NCBI GenBank assembly: GCA_963422645.2
Contig: CAXXVO010000011.1
Coordinates: 96,001 to 160,000, forward strand
DNA length: 64,000 nt
Direction: 5' to 3'
Origin: Alphaproteobacteria bacterium
GTDB taxonomy: Bacteria > Pseudomonadota > Alphaproteobacteria > UBA828
The position numbers and the translations under genes were made by a program. Under the pieces are notes generated by a model. It was not told where the DNA came from, did not search any database, and saw only the letters and a program-made list of their open reading frames with translations. This document shows positions 20,657 to 30,913 of the stretch, piece by piece (the stretch's first letter is position 1; each line of letters opens with the position of its first letter).

Positions 20657-22983
20657 GCCCTGACCCGCGACTTCTCGGGATCGTAGAAGGGAAACTGCAC
20701 GACCACCGCCTCGAGGCGTTTCTGCACGCCGTCGAGCTGGCCGACCTCGACGGCGGTCCCGAGCGCGGCGTGTTCCACCGCCATGCGGCAGAGCGCGATG
20801 GACTTGCCCGAGATCGGCGAGCGGGCGCCCGACGTGACCACGCCGACCCGGTGGCGGCCGACGATCACGCCATCGCCGTGGCCCGCCACCTCGTCGCCCG
20901 TGAGCTCCAGGCCCACCAGCACGCGCTGCGGGTTTGTCTTGCGTTTGACCAGCGCCGCCTTGCCGCAAAAGTCGTCATCCTTGGACTTGAGCGGCACCGT
21001 GAAGCCGATCCCCGCCTCGAAGGGGTCGGTCTGATCGTCGAATTCGTAGCCTGAGAAGATCAGCCCCGCCTCGATCCGCAGGATATCGAGGGCCTCCAGG
21101 CCGAGCGGGCTGAGTCCGTGCGGCTCACCCGCCGCCCAAACCGCATCCCACACCGCTTCGCAGTCCGAGGGGTGACAGAAAATCTCGTAGCCGAGCTCGC
21201 CGGTGTAGCCCGTCCTCGAGACCACGAGCGCTGGCCCGTCCGGATCGCCCAGCCGGCCGATGGAGAAGCGGAACCACCCAAGCTCGCCGATGCTCGGCTG
21301 GGCCGGCGGGGTCCACACGACCTCGCTCACCAGCTGCCTGCTCAGCGGCCCCTGAACAGAGAGGTTGTGGAGCTGGTCGGTGGACGAGCGGACCCAGACG
21401 TCGAGGCCGAGCTTTTCGGCCTGCTCACGCAGCCAGACGCCACCCTGATCGCAGCCGCCGATCCAGCGGAAGTTGTCCTGGCCCAGCCGGAACAGGGTCC
21501 CGTCGTCGAGCATGGTGCCGGTGTCGTAGCACATGGCGGTGTAGACCACCTGGCCCACGGCGAGCTTGCGCACGTTGCGGGTGAGGCAGTGCTGCAGCAG
21601 CGCCTCCGCCCCCGGCCCCAGCACCTCGAACTTGCGGAGCGGCGAGAGATCGATGGCGGCGACGCGCTCGCGGCAGGCCCAGTACTCGGCGATGGGCCCG
21701 ACACCGGTGTAGCTGTTGGGCAGCCAGTAGCCGTTGTACTCGACGAGATCGCGCGTGCGTCCGCTGGTGCGGGAGTGGAAGCCGGTTTCCTTGGTCATGG
21801 TCACGTCCGCATCCGGTTGTTTGTAGTGGCCGACGGCGCGCGTGAAGGACTGCGTCTCCGGATAGACGCGCACGTGGATGTCGGTGGGGTTCCAGCCGTT
21901 CGCCGCGTCGATGTCGTCCGGGCAGGCGGAAGAGACGCAGACCAAGTCGGTCAGCGCCCGCAGCAGAACGTAGTCGCCGGGGCGCGACCAGGGCTCGTCG
22001 AGGGTAAAAAGGTTCTCGCCGTCGACGACCGTGTTGTAGAAGAAGTTCATCGCCATCCAGCCGCGCCGGGGCTGAATCGCATAGGTCTCCAGGGCCGCAT
22101 TGAAGTTGTCGGAGCAGTTGGCGTGGCCGGGGTAACCCTGGTCTTCGTAGTACTTGGCCATGCAGGCCAGCCCGAAGGCGTCGTGGCGCATGCAGGTGTC
22201 CTGCACCACCTCGAGCAACGCCGCGAAATCCTGGTCAAGATACTTCGCCCGCTGCCCCGGATGGGGATAGCCGAGCCCCATCAGCGAGCGGGTCGTGGTC
22301 ACGTCGAGGCAGCGCTCGACACCCTCGTCCAGCCGTGCCCGGTGGAACGCCTGGAAGTCCGTGCACTGGCGCCCCTCGACATCGATGACCTGGATCCACT
22401 CGCCGGCGCGCACCTCGTAGCTTCCAGCCGTGCGGCGGTCGATCCGCTGGTCGAGGCGCGGGTCCGCCAGCGGCTCGGGCAGGACCGCTTCGCCGGCCGG
22501 CGCGGCGCCGGCGGCACGCTCGACGAACACCACGATCGGCGTCGGCGGGTCCTGCCCGTCGGCCGCCATCGGTGCGCCGGGCGTCGCCACGATCACCGCG
22601 CCGGCGCCGCTCGCGGTGAATGACGCCTCTTCGCCGGCGCGGCTCTCCGGCCCGAACAGATCGAGAGACGAGGCACCGGCGAGGTCCCGGTCGATGCTGG
22701 CGACACCCTCGGCAACCAGCCGGCGCAGGCCGGCGGCGCTTCCCCCTGCCCTCGCCCCCAGCAGGTCTTCGGCAAGCCGGCCGTCGTCCGCCAGGCAGAC
22801 AAGCTCGCAGGCCTGCCCGCCTTCGGCGTTGATGAGACGGATGACGTCGCCGCCCTCAATCCCTATGGCCCGCGCGCTTCGGCCCGGAACGACATGGCGT
22901 TCCACCCCGGGCGGGAGAGCGAGCAGGCCGGGCCGCCGCACGCCGCGGGACAAGCGAACTTCGCTGGCCGAAACGAGTTCCAT
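20653..22983 (-). CDS. tdm: DUF1989 + GcvT-like aminomethyltransferase; probable TMAO demethylase
   Basis: GRQCTDFQ, HDAFGLAC, SACPDDID, DLSPLRKFEV, SRTGYTGELGYE; 776 aa; downstream of a tmoX-like transporter. Confidence 0.8.
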   Translation of the reverse strand: MELVSASEVRLSRGVRRPGLLALPPGVERHVVPGRSARAIGIEGGDVIRLINAEGGQACELVCLADDGRLAEDLLGARAGGSAAGLRRLVAEGVASIDRDLAGASSLDLFGPESRAGEEASFTASGAGAVIVATPGAPMAADGQDPPTPIVVFVERAAGAAPAGEAVLPEPLADPRLDQRIDRRTAGSYEVRAGEWIQVIDVEGRQCTDFQAFHRARLDEGVERCLDVTTTRSLMGLGYPHPGQRAKYLDQDFAALLEVVQDTCMRHDAFGLACMAKYYEDQGYPGHANCSDNFNAALETYAIQPRRGWMAMNFFYNTVVDGENLFTLDEPWSRPGDYVLLRALTDLVCVSSACPDDIDAANGWNPTDIHVRVYPETQSFTRAVGHYKQPDADVTMTKETGFHSRTSGRTRDLVEYNGYWLPNSYTGVGPIAEYWACRERVAAIDLSPLRKFEVLGPGAEALLQHCLTRNVRKLAVGQVVYTAMCYDTGTMLDDGTLFRLGQDNFRWIGGCDQGGVWLREQAEKLGLDVWVRSSTDQLHNLSVQGPLSRQLVSEVVWTPPAQPSIGELGWFRFSIGRLGDPDGPALVVSRTGYTGELGYEIFCHPSDCEAVWDAVWAAGEPHGLSPLGLEALDILRIEAGLIFSGYEFDDQTDPFEAGIGFTVPLKSKDDDFCGKAALVKRKTNPQRVLVGLELTGDEVAGHGDGVIVGRHRVGVVTSGARSPISGKSIALCRMAVEHAALGTAVEVGQLDGVQKRLEAVVVQFPFYDPEKSRVRA

Positions 22984-23008
22984 GACGTGCGCCTTTCCGC
23001 AAATCCGC

Positions 23009-25009
23009 TCAGGCCAGGCCCAGCTGGCGCCGGCGCTGCTCGGACCACTCCACGACCAGGCGATCGACCGTGAGACCGATGAACGCCACGCAGAGGCCGA
23101 TCACGAGGCCCTTGCCCGCGTCGGCGAAGGTGAGCGCCCGGAAGATCTCCTGCCCGAGGTCCTTGGTCCCGATGAAGGCGGCGATGATCACCATGAAGAG
23201 CCCGAACATGATGGTCTGGTTGACCCCCAGCATGATCTCGGGGAAGGCCAGCGGCATCCGCACCTTCCAGAGGATCTGCCGGGGCGTGCAGCCGGCGGTG
23301 ATCGCCGCCTCGATGGTCTCGTTGGGCACGCCGCGCAGGCCGAAGATCGTGTAGCGGACGATGGGGATCGCCGCGTAGATCACGATGGCGGTAATCGCCG
23401 CCACGTCGCCCACCTGGAAGAGCATGATCACCGGGATCAGGTAAATGAACGACGGGAAGGTCTGAAAGGTATCGCAGAGCAGCTGCACGAAGCGGGTGCG
23501 TCGCGCCGTCTTCGATGCCCAGATGCCGAGCGGCAGCCCGAAGATCAGGCAGAGGATCAGCGCGAAGAAGACCATATAGGCGGTGATCGTCGCTCGCTCC
23601 CAGAAGCCCGTGAGCGCGATGAAGGTGACGAAGCCCGCCGTCGTCGCCGCCAGCCGCGGGCCCGCGAGGCGCCAACCGATGGCGCCGGCCAGCGATGCCA
23701 CCGCAATCCACGGCATCCACTGGAAGCCCGTGCGCAGCGGGATCAGCACGTGAACGAGCAGGCCGTCGCGAATGACGGAAAGCGGGTCGTAGAGCGCGAA
23801 CGTGACGGCATCGACGACCATGTCCCAGAAGGGCGCGGTGGTGATCGTTGCGGACCTGGGCAGCGTCTGGGCGTAGGGCGTCAGCAACGACGCGACGATC
23901 GACACGACAATGACGACCGCGGCAACCGTCAGATAGGGATGCACGCGCCAGAAGGGGCCGTCGGGGCGACGCTCGGGCTGCTTCTCGGAGAGCGCCCGGC
24001 TCAGCCGGTCGAGCATCACCGCCATCAGCACCACGGCGACGCCGTTCTCCAACGCCTGCCCGAGACGCAGGCTCTGAAGGCGGAAGAGCAGGTCCTGCCC
24101 CAGCCCCTTGGCGCCAACGAAGGAGGCTATCACGACCATCGCCAGGCACTGCATGATGACCTGGTTGACGCCGAGCATGAGCGAATCGCGCGCGGCCGGA
24201 ATCTCGACCCTCAAGAGCATTTGCCAGCGCGTGCAGCCGGCCATCACGCCGGCCTCGCGCACTTCCTCGGAAACGCCTTTGAGTCCGAGGACAGTGAGCC
24301 GCGTCATCGGCGGTATGGCGAAGAGGATGGTGGCGATGGCGCCGGCCCGGTGAGAGACGCCGATGAAGAGCGCCACCGGGATCAGGTAGGAGAAGTGAGG
24401 CAGCGACTGCATGACGTTGAGGATCGGCCACAGCACCCGCTCGAAGGGCGGCGACTTGGCCCCCATCACGCCGAGTACAAGGCCGACGGCGGCTGCGATC
24501 GGCGCCGCGACCAGGACGACGGAGAGAGTCGTCATCGAGAGCGACCATTTGCCGAAGAGGGCGAAGTAGACGATGCAGCCGCCGGCCAGCAGCGCGAGAC
24601 GCCAGCCCTTCAGCCACCAGCCGAAGACCGCGGCGAGGCCGGCGATCATCACCCATGGGATGGCGGGGATACCGATCGACTTGAAGCCGTCCGCAAGCAG
24701 GCCGTGCACGATGTCGAGCGGCCACTCGATTCCATAGGCGATCGCCCGCGTCACGTCCTTGACCGTGAAAACGCCGAAGAGCTCGTGCTTGTGGAAGACG
24801 TTGACGACGACGTTGATCCAGTCGATGAAGGGCACCGCGATATCCCTGGGCCAGACGATCCCGGCCTCAGGCAGAATGGGCTTGAGCGCGAGCAGAAGGA
24901 CGAAGGGCACCAGAACCAGCAGCGGCCCCGCCCCCGGCATGCGCCAGAGACGACGGGTCGCCGCCAATGAACCTGCGATCGATACCCCGGCGGTTCGCTC
25001 TGCGGCCAT
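23009..25009 (-). CDS. ProW-type ABC permease, duplicated domain (TmoW/V-like)
   Basis: two EAA-type modules, MLGVNQ motif twice. Confidence 0.9.
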   Translation of the reverse strand: MAAERTAGVSIAGSLAATRRLWRMPGAGPLLVLVPFVLLLALKPILPEAGIVWPRDIAVPFIDWINVVVNVFHKHELFGVFTVKDVTRAIAYGIEWPLDIVHGLLADGFKSIGIPAIPWVMIAGLAAVFGWWLKGWRLALLAGGCIVYFALFGKWSLSMTTLSVVLVAAPIAAAVGLVLGVMGAKSPPFERVLWPILNVMQSLPHFSYLIPVALFIGVSHRAGAIATILFAIPPMTRLTVLGLKGVSEEVREAGVMAGCTRWQMLLRVEIPAARDSLMLGVNQVIMQCLAMVVIASFVGAKGLGQDLLFRLQSLRLGQALENGVAVVLMAVMLDRLSRALSEKQPERRPDGPFWRVHPYLTVAAVVIVVSIVASLLTPYAQTLPRSATITTAPFWDMVVDAVTFALYDPLSVIRDGLLVHVLIPLRTGFQWMPWIAVASLAGAIGWRLAGPRLAATTAGFVTFIALTGFWERATITAYMVFFALILCLIFGLPLGIWASKTARRTRFVQLLCDTFQTFPSFIYLIPVIMLFQVGDVAAITAIVIYAAIPIVRYTIFGLRGVPNETIEAAITAGCTPRQILWKVRMPLAFPEIMLGVNQTIMFGLFMVIIAAFIGTKDLGQEIFRALTFADAGKGLVIGLCVAFIGLTVDRLVVEWSEQRRRQLGLA

Positions 25010-25013
25010 GGCC

Positions 25014-26036
25014 TTATGAGCGGTCGGTGTACATCGCGTGGACGAGACGGAAGCGGTCGACCACGCCGATCGTCTCGCCCTTCTCGTCGACGACCGCCAC
25101 CGGGCGCTCGGCCTCGATCACTTGCGGCGCGGCGTCCGCCAGCGTGGAGTCCGCCCTGACCTCGCCTTGCGTCGTCTCGCCCGCGGCAGCGGGACGCACC
25201 GCCGTCGCCACGGTGAGCAGGCGATCCCGCGCCACGTCCTTGGTGAACTCGCGCACGTAGTCGGTCTCCGGGTTCTCGATCAGCTCGGTGGCGGTGCCGG
25301 CCTGCTCGATGATGCCGTCCTTCATGATGATGATGCGGTCGGCGAGCCTGATTGCCTCATCGAAGTCGTGGGTGATGAACAGGATCGTCTTCTGCAGCAT
25401 GTTCTGCAGGCGCAGGAACTCGTTCTGCATCTCGCGGCGGATGAGCGGATCGAGGGCGGAGAAGGGCTCGTCGAGGAACCAGAGCTCGGGCCCCACCGCG
25501 AGCGAGCGGGCGATGCCGACGCGCTGCTGCTGCCCGCCGGAAAGCTCGCGCGGGTAATAGCGCTCGCGTCCTTCGAGGCCGACCAGCTCGATCATCTCGT
25601 GGGCACGAGTCTCCCGCGTACGGCGGTTGATGCCCTGGACCTCGAGCGGGAAGGCTACGTTCTGCAGCACCGTGCGGTGGGGAAGCAGCGCGAAGTGCTG
25701 AAACACCATGCCCATCTTGTGGCGGCGCAGCTGCGTGAGTTCCCGATTGGTCGCCTTGAGCAGGTCCTGGCCCTCGAACACGATCGCACCGGCGGTGGGC
25801 TCGATCAGGCGCGCGAGGCAACGGAGCAGCGTGGACTTGCCGGAGCCCGAGAGCCCCATGATCACCAGGATTTCGCCGGCGTTAACCTCCAGCGAGGCGT
25901 CGCGCACGGCGGGGATGTAGCCTTCTTCCAGAATGACGGCGAGGCCGGGCGTGCCCCCGTGCCTGTCCATGAACGACCAGGGCTTGGGGCCGAACAGCTT
26001 CCAAACGCTGCTGCATGTCAGAATCGGCTCGGCCAA
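25014..26036 (-). CDS. ProV-type ABC ATPase
   Basis: GLSGSGKST, LSGGQQQR, LDEPFSALDPLIRREMQ. Confidence 0.93.
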   Translation of the reverse strand: MAEPILTCSSVWKLFGPKPWSFMDRHGGTPGLAVILEEGYIPAVRDASLEVNAGEILVIMGLSGSGKSTLLRCLARLIEPTAGAIVFEGQDLLKATNRELTQLRRHKMGMVFQHFALLPHRTVLQNVAFPLEVQGINRRTRETRAHEMIELVGLEGRERYYPRELSGGQQQRVGIARSLAVGPELWFLDEPFSALDPLIRREMQNEFLRLQNMLQKTILFITHDFDEAIRLADRIIIMKDGIIEQAGTATELIENPETDYVREFTKDVARDRLLTVATAVRPAAAGETTQGEVRADSTLADAAPQVIEAERPVAVVDEKGETIGVVDRFRLVHAMYTDRS

Positions 26037-26167
26037 ATTGTGTCTCCACCGTTGCGGCGGAGCATAGGCCGCTGCCCCGCCCTGTCGGCGCTGCGCCTCG
26101 TCGCCCGCGGCGCGGGGCGAGACGACCGTACGCCGGTACTATGTGCCGGCAGGAGCGTGAAATAAAG

Positions 26168-26205
26168 CGAGGGCGCCGCCACAGGGAGAAAAGGCGGCGC
26201 CCTCG
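26168..26205 (-). terminator. intrinsic terminator-like hairpin after the binding-protein gene
   Basis: 13-bp stem CGAGGGCGCCGCC/GGCGGCGCCCTCG followed by a T-rich tract on the minus strand. Confidence 0.65.
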
Positions 26206-26222
26206 TTGCCAGCGGCGCTAGG

Positions 26223-27191
26223 CTAGTTCACCCAGGACATCCACTTGGCTTCATTGTCGGCCATCCACTGGTCGGCCGCCTCTTCGACCTCCATGCCGTC
26301 GATGTCGACGAGCTTGGACATCACCGCGATATCAAGATTGGACAGGTTCATCTTCGAGACGATGCCATAGGCCGTCGGCCACTTGTCGGGCATGCCGTTC
26401 CAGACGCCGATCTTGAGATAGCCGTCCTTCGGGTTGCCGCAGTCATAGGTCATGTCGGGGTTGGGACCCCAGGCCGGGTCGTCCTTGCAGCCCTCGCCAT
26501 ACTCCGGGAACTCGACGAACTTGCCGTCGTAGATCGCCTCGATGAAGTTGGGCGTCCAGTTGAAGTGCACGATGGGCGCCTTGCGCTCGAACGCCGATGC
26601 GAGCTCCGCCCAGATGGCCGCTGCCGAGCCAGCGTTCACCACCTCGAAGTCCATGCCGAGGCCTTCGACACGCTCGGCGTCGTGCTTCAACCAGTCCACC
26701 GGCCCACCGAGGAAGCGACCCTTCGGGGCCGTCTCGGCAGTCGAGAACATCTCGGCGCAGGCATTCAGCGCCTCCCAGTCGGGCAGGCCCGGGCACTGCT
26801 CCTCGACATAGCTGGGATACCACCACTCTTCGCGGGTCTTGGCGTCGTGAGTCGCGGTGTCGATCACGCAACCTTCGCCAACGACCTTCTCGAACGCCAC
26901 GCCGAACGCGCCCTGCCAGACCTCGTGGACCACGTCGATGTCGCCCTCGCACATAGAGGTGTAAACCACCTGGCTGTCGGCGGGGATGAACTCCGTGGCG
27001 AAGCCCTGGCCGTTCAGAATCTTGCCCAGGACATGGGCACCCACGATCTGGCTCGACCAGTTGTGGATCGGGATCTTGATCGGGTCGTCGGAATCCGCTG
27101 CCTGAGCCACGCCGGACACGGCGCCCGACAGGCCGATCGCGGCCCCTGCGACGAGCGCAATTGCCCACCGTCTCATATTCGTACCCACCAT
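26223..27191 (-). CDS. tmoX: quaternary-amine ABC binding protein, TmoX-like (TMAO)
   Basis: DPIKIPIHNWSSQ, TREEWWYP, CPGLPDW, GPVDWLKH match my recollection of TmoX. Confidence 0.75.
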   Translation of the reverse strand: MVGTNMRRWAIALVAGAAIGLSGAVSGVAQAADSDDPIKIPIHNWSSQIVGAHVLGKILNGQGFATEFIPADSQVVYTSMCEGDIDVVHEVWQGAFGVAFEKVVGEGCVIDTATHDAKTREEWWYPSYVEEQCPGLPDWEALNACAEMFSTAETAPKGRFLGGPVDWLKHDAERVEGLGMDFEVVNAGSAAAIWAELASAFERKAPIVHFNWTPNFIEAIYDGKFVEFPEYGEGCKDDPAWGPNPDMTYDCGNPKDGYLKIGVWNGMPDKWPTAYGIVSKMNLSNLDIAVMSKLVDIDGMEVEEAADQWMADNEAKWMSWVN

Positions 27192-27364
27192 TGTCGCCTC
27201 CTCATTAGTTACACGCATGCCCATGCTATCGTGCGGGGGATCCCGCTCCGAGCTTGCAAGCCTAGAGGGGCGTTGTGAACAAGACACACCCTTGCGATAA
27301 ACAGCCTGTAAAAGTTCATGAAAGATGTGAAAATGCAGAGGAGATCGAGGCGCGGGGCCCGGAG

Positions 27365-27699
27365 ATGACCGACCCCTTTCATATCGTCGTGGTCGAGGAC
27401 GACGCCGTGACCCGCACCAAGCTCGCCGGCTATGCCCAAGCGGCAGGCCATCGGGTGAGCGAGGCGGAGGACGGCCAGGGCATGTGGCGCATCCTCGAGA
27501 AGGATGCCGCCGATCTCATCCTGCTCGACATCAACCTGCCGCGCGAAGACGGCCTCGATCTGACCCGCAAGCTGAGAGCACAGAGCAACGTCGGGATTAT
27601 CCTGGTCACGGTGCGCGACGACGAAGTGGACCGGATCCTCGGCCTGGAGATCGGTGCCGACGACTACATCACCAAGCCCTTCAACCCGCGGGAGCTGCT
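27365..27699 (+). pseudogene. TorR/ArcA-like response regulator, receiver domain only (truncated by IS1634)
   Basis: IVVVEDD, LLDINLPREDGL, GADDYITKPFNPRELL then the IS end. Confidence 0.85.
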
Positions 27700-29622
27700 C
27701 CTGACTTCGACGGTTGGGCCGGATTTTGGCTGATCTCCCGTCTGGAGTTTTCTGCAAAGACAATGACTTAGAAGTTGCGGTGCGGTCAAGCCGCTTTGTA
27801 GTGCCTAGTAGGTATATGTGGTTGTCGATACCCCCGCCGCGCGCTACACTTTCCCCGTGTTCGTTCGCATCAAGACCACGCCCAACAGCCCGCGACGCTC
27901 GGTCCAGCTCGTCGAGGCCGTGCGCGACGGCGGCAAGGTCCGACAGCGCATCGTTCGCCACATCGGCGTGGCCATGGACGAGGACGAGCTCGAGCGCCTG
28001 AGGCAGCTCGGCGAGTACGTCAAGGCGAAGCTGGAGGACCAGCGCCAGCCTTTGCTGTTTGCGCCCGAGAAGATCGCAGACCAGGTGATCCGCGTCGGAC
28101 GCCAGGGCGACGGCAAGCAGGAACTCCCGGTCGATCTCAAGCAACTCGAAGAGGAGCAGCGCCTGATCACTGGCGTCCACGAGGTCTACGGCGAGATGTA
28201 CCGCCTGCTGGGCCTCGATGCGCTGCTGCCGCGATCGCGCTACCGGGCCTCGCACGACGCGCTGTTCCACGTGGTGATGGCACGCATCGCCAACCCCGAC
28301 AGCAAGCGGGGCAGCGTGCGCCGGCTCGAGGAGGACTTCGGCGTGAGCCTTCCCCTTGAGAAGGTCTACCGCATGATGGACCAACTCGGCGCGACCGTGA
28401 TCGAGCGTCTGCGCACGCAGGTGGGCGAGGCGAGCCGATCGCTGCTGCCGGAGCCGGTCGCGCTCCTCTTCTTCGATTGCACCACGCTCTACTTCGAGAC
28501 CGCGGTTGAGGACGAGCTTCGCCAGCACGGCTTCAGCAAGGACGGCAAGCACAAGGACTCGCAGGTCCTGCTGGCATTGATGGTGACGCGCGAAGGGCTG
28601 CCGATCGGCTACGAGGTCTTTCCCGGCGCCACCTACGAGGGGCACAGCCTGGTCCCGGTCTTGCAGGACATGCAGCGCCGCCACCAGGTGGAGCGCACGG
28701 TGTGCGTGGCCGACCGGGGCATGCTGAGCGCCGACAACCTCGACGCCATGGACACGATCGGCGGCGAGTACGTCGTCGGCGCGCGGCTGCGCAAGCTGCC
28801 GCTCGCGCTGCGGAAGCAGATTCTCGACCCGGGCACCTATGCCCCGCTGGAGGGCCCGGAGAAGCGCCGGGTCGGCGAATGGGAGCACAAGGGCCGGCGC
28901 CTGATCGTCGTCTTCTGCCCCGTGCGCGCGCGCACGGACGCACACGAGCGCCGCAAGCAGGTGGAGCGCCTGCTCGACAGGCTGGCCCGCAGCGACAATC
29001 CGAAGGAGCTGCTCTCCAATCACGGGGCGAAGCGCTTCATCGCCGTCGAGGGCGAAGCCCGGCTCACGGTGAACCCGGAGAAGATCGCCGAGGCCGAGCG
29101 ATGGGACGGGCTCGCCGGCGTCATCACCAATCTGCGCGACGCCAGCGTCACCGAAGTGATGTCTCACTACCACGGGCTCTGGCAGGTCGAGGAGAGCTTC
29201 CGGATCACCAAGCACGACCTGCGGGTGCGCCCCATCTGGCACTGGAACCCGGACCGGATCCGCGCCCACATCGCCATCGCCTTCATGGCCTTCGCCTGCG
29301 TCCGCCACCTCGCCTACCGCGTCGCCATCCAGAAGCGGCGGATGTCCCCGGAAGTCATCCGCTCCGCCCTCGTCCACCGCCAATGCTCGGTCCTGCGCTG
29401 CCGCCAATCAGGCAACCGCTACGTCATCCCCTCCAAGCCGACACCGGCGGCGGAACAGATCTATGCGACCATGGGGCTGCCCCTGACGATCACCCCGTAC
29501 CAGCTCGACTGACCGCCGACGAAACCCGGCCCGGTCTCGCAGCGCCGCCGGATGTAGTGCCTGGCCGGAAATGAGAACCGGCCAATTTCAAATACTTACG
29601 CGAATCAACCGTCGAAGTCAGG
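27700..29622 (+). mobile_element. IS1634-family element
   Basis: IRs CCTGACTTCGACGGTTG / CAACCGTCGAAGTCAGG; no TSD. Confidence 0.9.
27858..29512 (+). CDS. IS1634 transposase
   Basis: FFDCTTLYFE, GFSKDGK, VADRGM, YHGLWQVEESFR, LRVRPIWH. Confidence 0.93.
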
Positions 29623-29726
29623 AGTCATTTCCCGAAATTCCCGTCAAGCCCTTTCCACCAACTCCGAACGAGAAACGCCTCAATCCACTGGCCCAAAATG
29701 ACAAATCAGACGACCTGGGCAGTTAC
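29623..29726 (+). mobile_element. IS66-type right-end remnant
   Basis: ends ACCTGGGCAGTTAC, identical to the IS66 right IR. Confidence 0.7.
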
Positions 29727-29795
29727 CATATTCGATGGCATCTAGATGTGGCACTTGACAACCGACGCTCTGTTGATCTCGCGCTCTTGGCCAGA

Positions 29796-29917
29796 ATGGC
29801 CGGAAGTTCCCTTCCGGCCATGGAAAGCCCCTTGCTCCTGGGGTTGCGGCGCGTCACCCGAAGGGCCGAAGCGCAGCGGAGGAGCCGCGAAGCGGCTTGA
29901 CGCGCCGCAACCCCAGG
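29796..29917. repeat. cluster of perfect inverted repeats (11-bp and 20-bp stems with nested cGAAg hairpins)
   Basis: ATGGCCGGAAG/CTTCCGGCCAT; CCTGGGGTTGCGGCGCGTCA/TGACGCGCCGCAACCCCAGG. Confidence 0.85.
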
Positions 29918-30246
29918 TGCCCGATGCTACATGTAGTGGGTGATGATCCCTTCCAAATGATCAAATACCCGCGCTTTTGCGAGATCGACAACAATGTCGG
30001 ATTTACAGTTGCCGCTAACAAGAGAATCTGCGAACCACTTGTCGGTTTGCCAACTAAAGTATGGCTTTCCAGCTCAATGGGATCCCCTGACACACGCAAG
30101 CACTATGCCGGTGCGACCGTTTGGCGATGAGGTCGAGACGGTTCCGAGGTGACCAGCAGTTCTGCATTATACTTGAGCAGTGTCGGCCCGCCCCAGTGGT
30201 TCCAACATCGTCTGAACCAGACTATCCATTTCACCCTTGGACGGTT

Positions 30247-30786
30247 TCAGATCTCAAGCAGCATGTCCAATGTCTGCTCTTCGATGTTCTCCAGCGCACC
30301 CAAGTCCGCGACGACGGAATAGTCTGCTCGCATGACTACTGCTCGGATTACGAGTGCGTTCGGCAAATTTCCCCGATAGCCTGCTTCCACCCCCGGGATG
30401 ATGGTCCCCTGCCATGGTTCGCCCGATCCTATTCCTACACGCCGATCCACTTCCTGATTCCACACCCCCCTCAGCGTCTCTGCGTCAACAATGTCCTTTT
30501 CGCCGGCCTCACGATCAATCTCCAGCCATACGGAAAGGTCCGCATCGTGGGTCGCACCAAACCACTGCGCCCAGTTATGCCACTGGTTCCATTCGTCCCT
30601 CGCAGATGGTCCGAAGTCAAACAGACTTACCCAACCACGCGCGCTGACGAACGAACCCTTGAATCGGTTTCCCGGAGTGATAAAACCACCCCGCCGAATT
30701 CCCCGGAACCCGTCCACACTTGTCGCATGCCACAGCCCTCGGTCCAGTACGGCCCAAGCTTCGGGTCCACATCCTCGATCTTCCAC
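30247..30786 (-). CDS. hypothetical protein, possible ADP-ribosyltransferase fold
   Basis: GTG start with upstream GAGG; LWHAT...GIRRGGFITP...VSLFD...VEAGYRGNLP. Confidence 0.6.
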   Translation of the reverse strand: MEDRGCGPEAWAVLDRGLWHATSVDGFRGIRRGGFITPGNRFKGSFVSARGWVSLFDFGPSARDEWNQWHNWAQWFGATHDADLSVWLEIDREAGEKDIVDAETLRGVWNQEVDRRVGIGSGEPWQGTIIPGVEAGYRGNLPNALVIRAVVMRADYSVVADLGALENIEEQTLDMLLEI

Positions 30787-30913
30787 AGATTTCGTTCCTC
30801 TACGTCTTCACGAGTAACACCGGAAAAGTTCCAAGGTCATGCAAATCGACGCCATCCTGATCCGCGCCAATGGCAGCTGGGCGCGCTCAGTCGGTTCTGT
30901 GACCAGTCAATAG

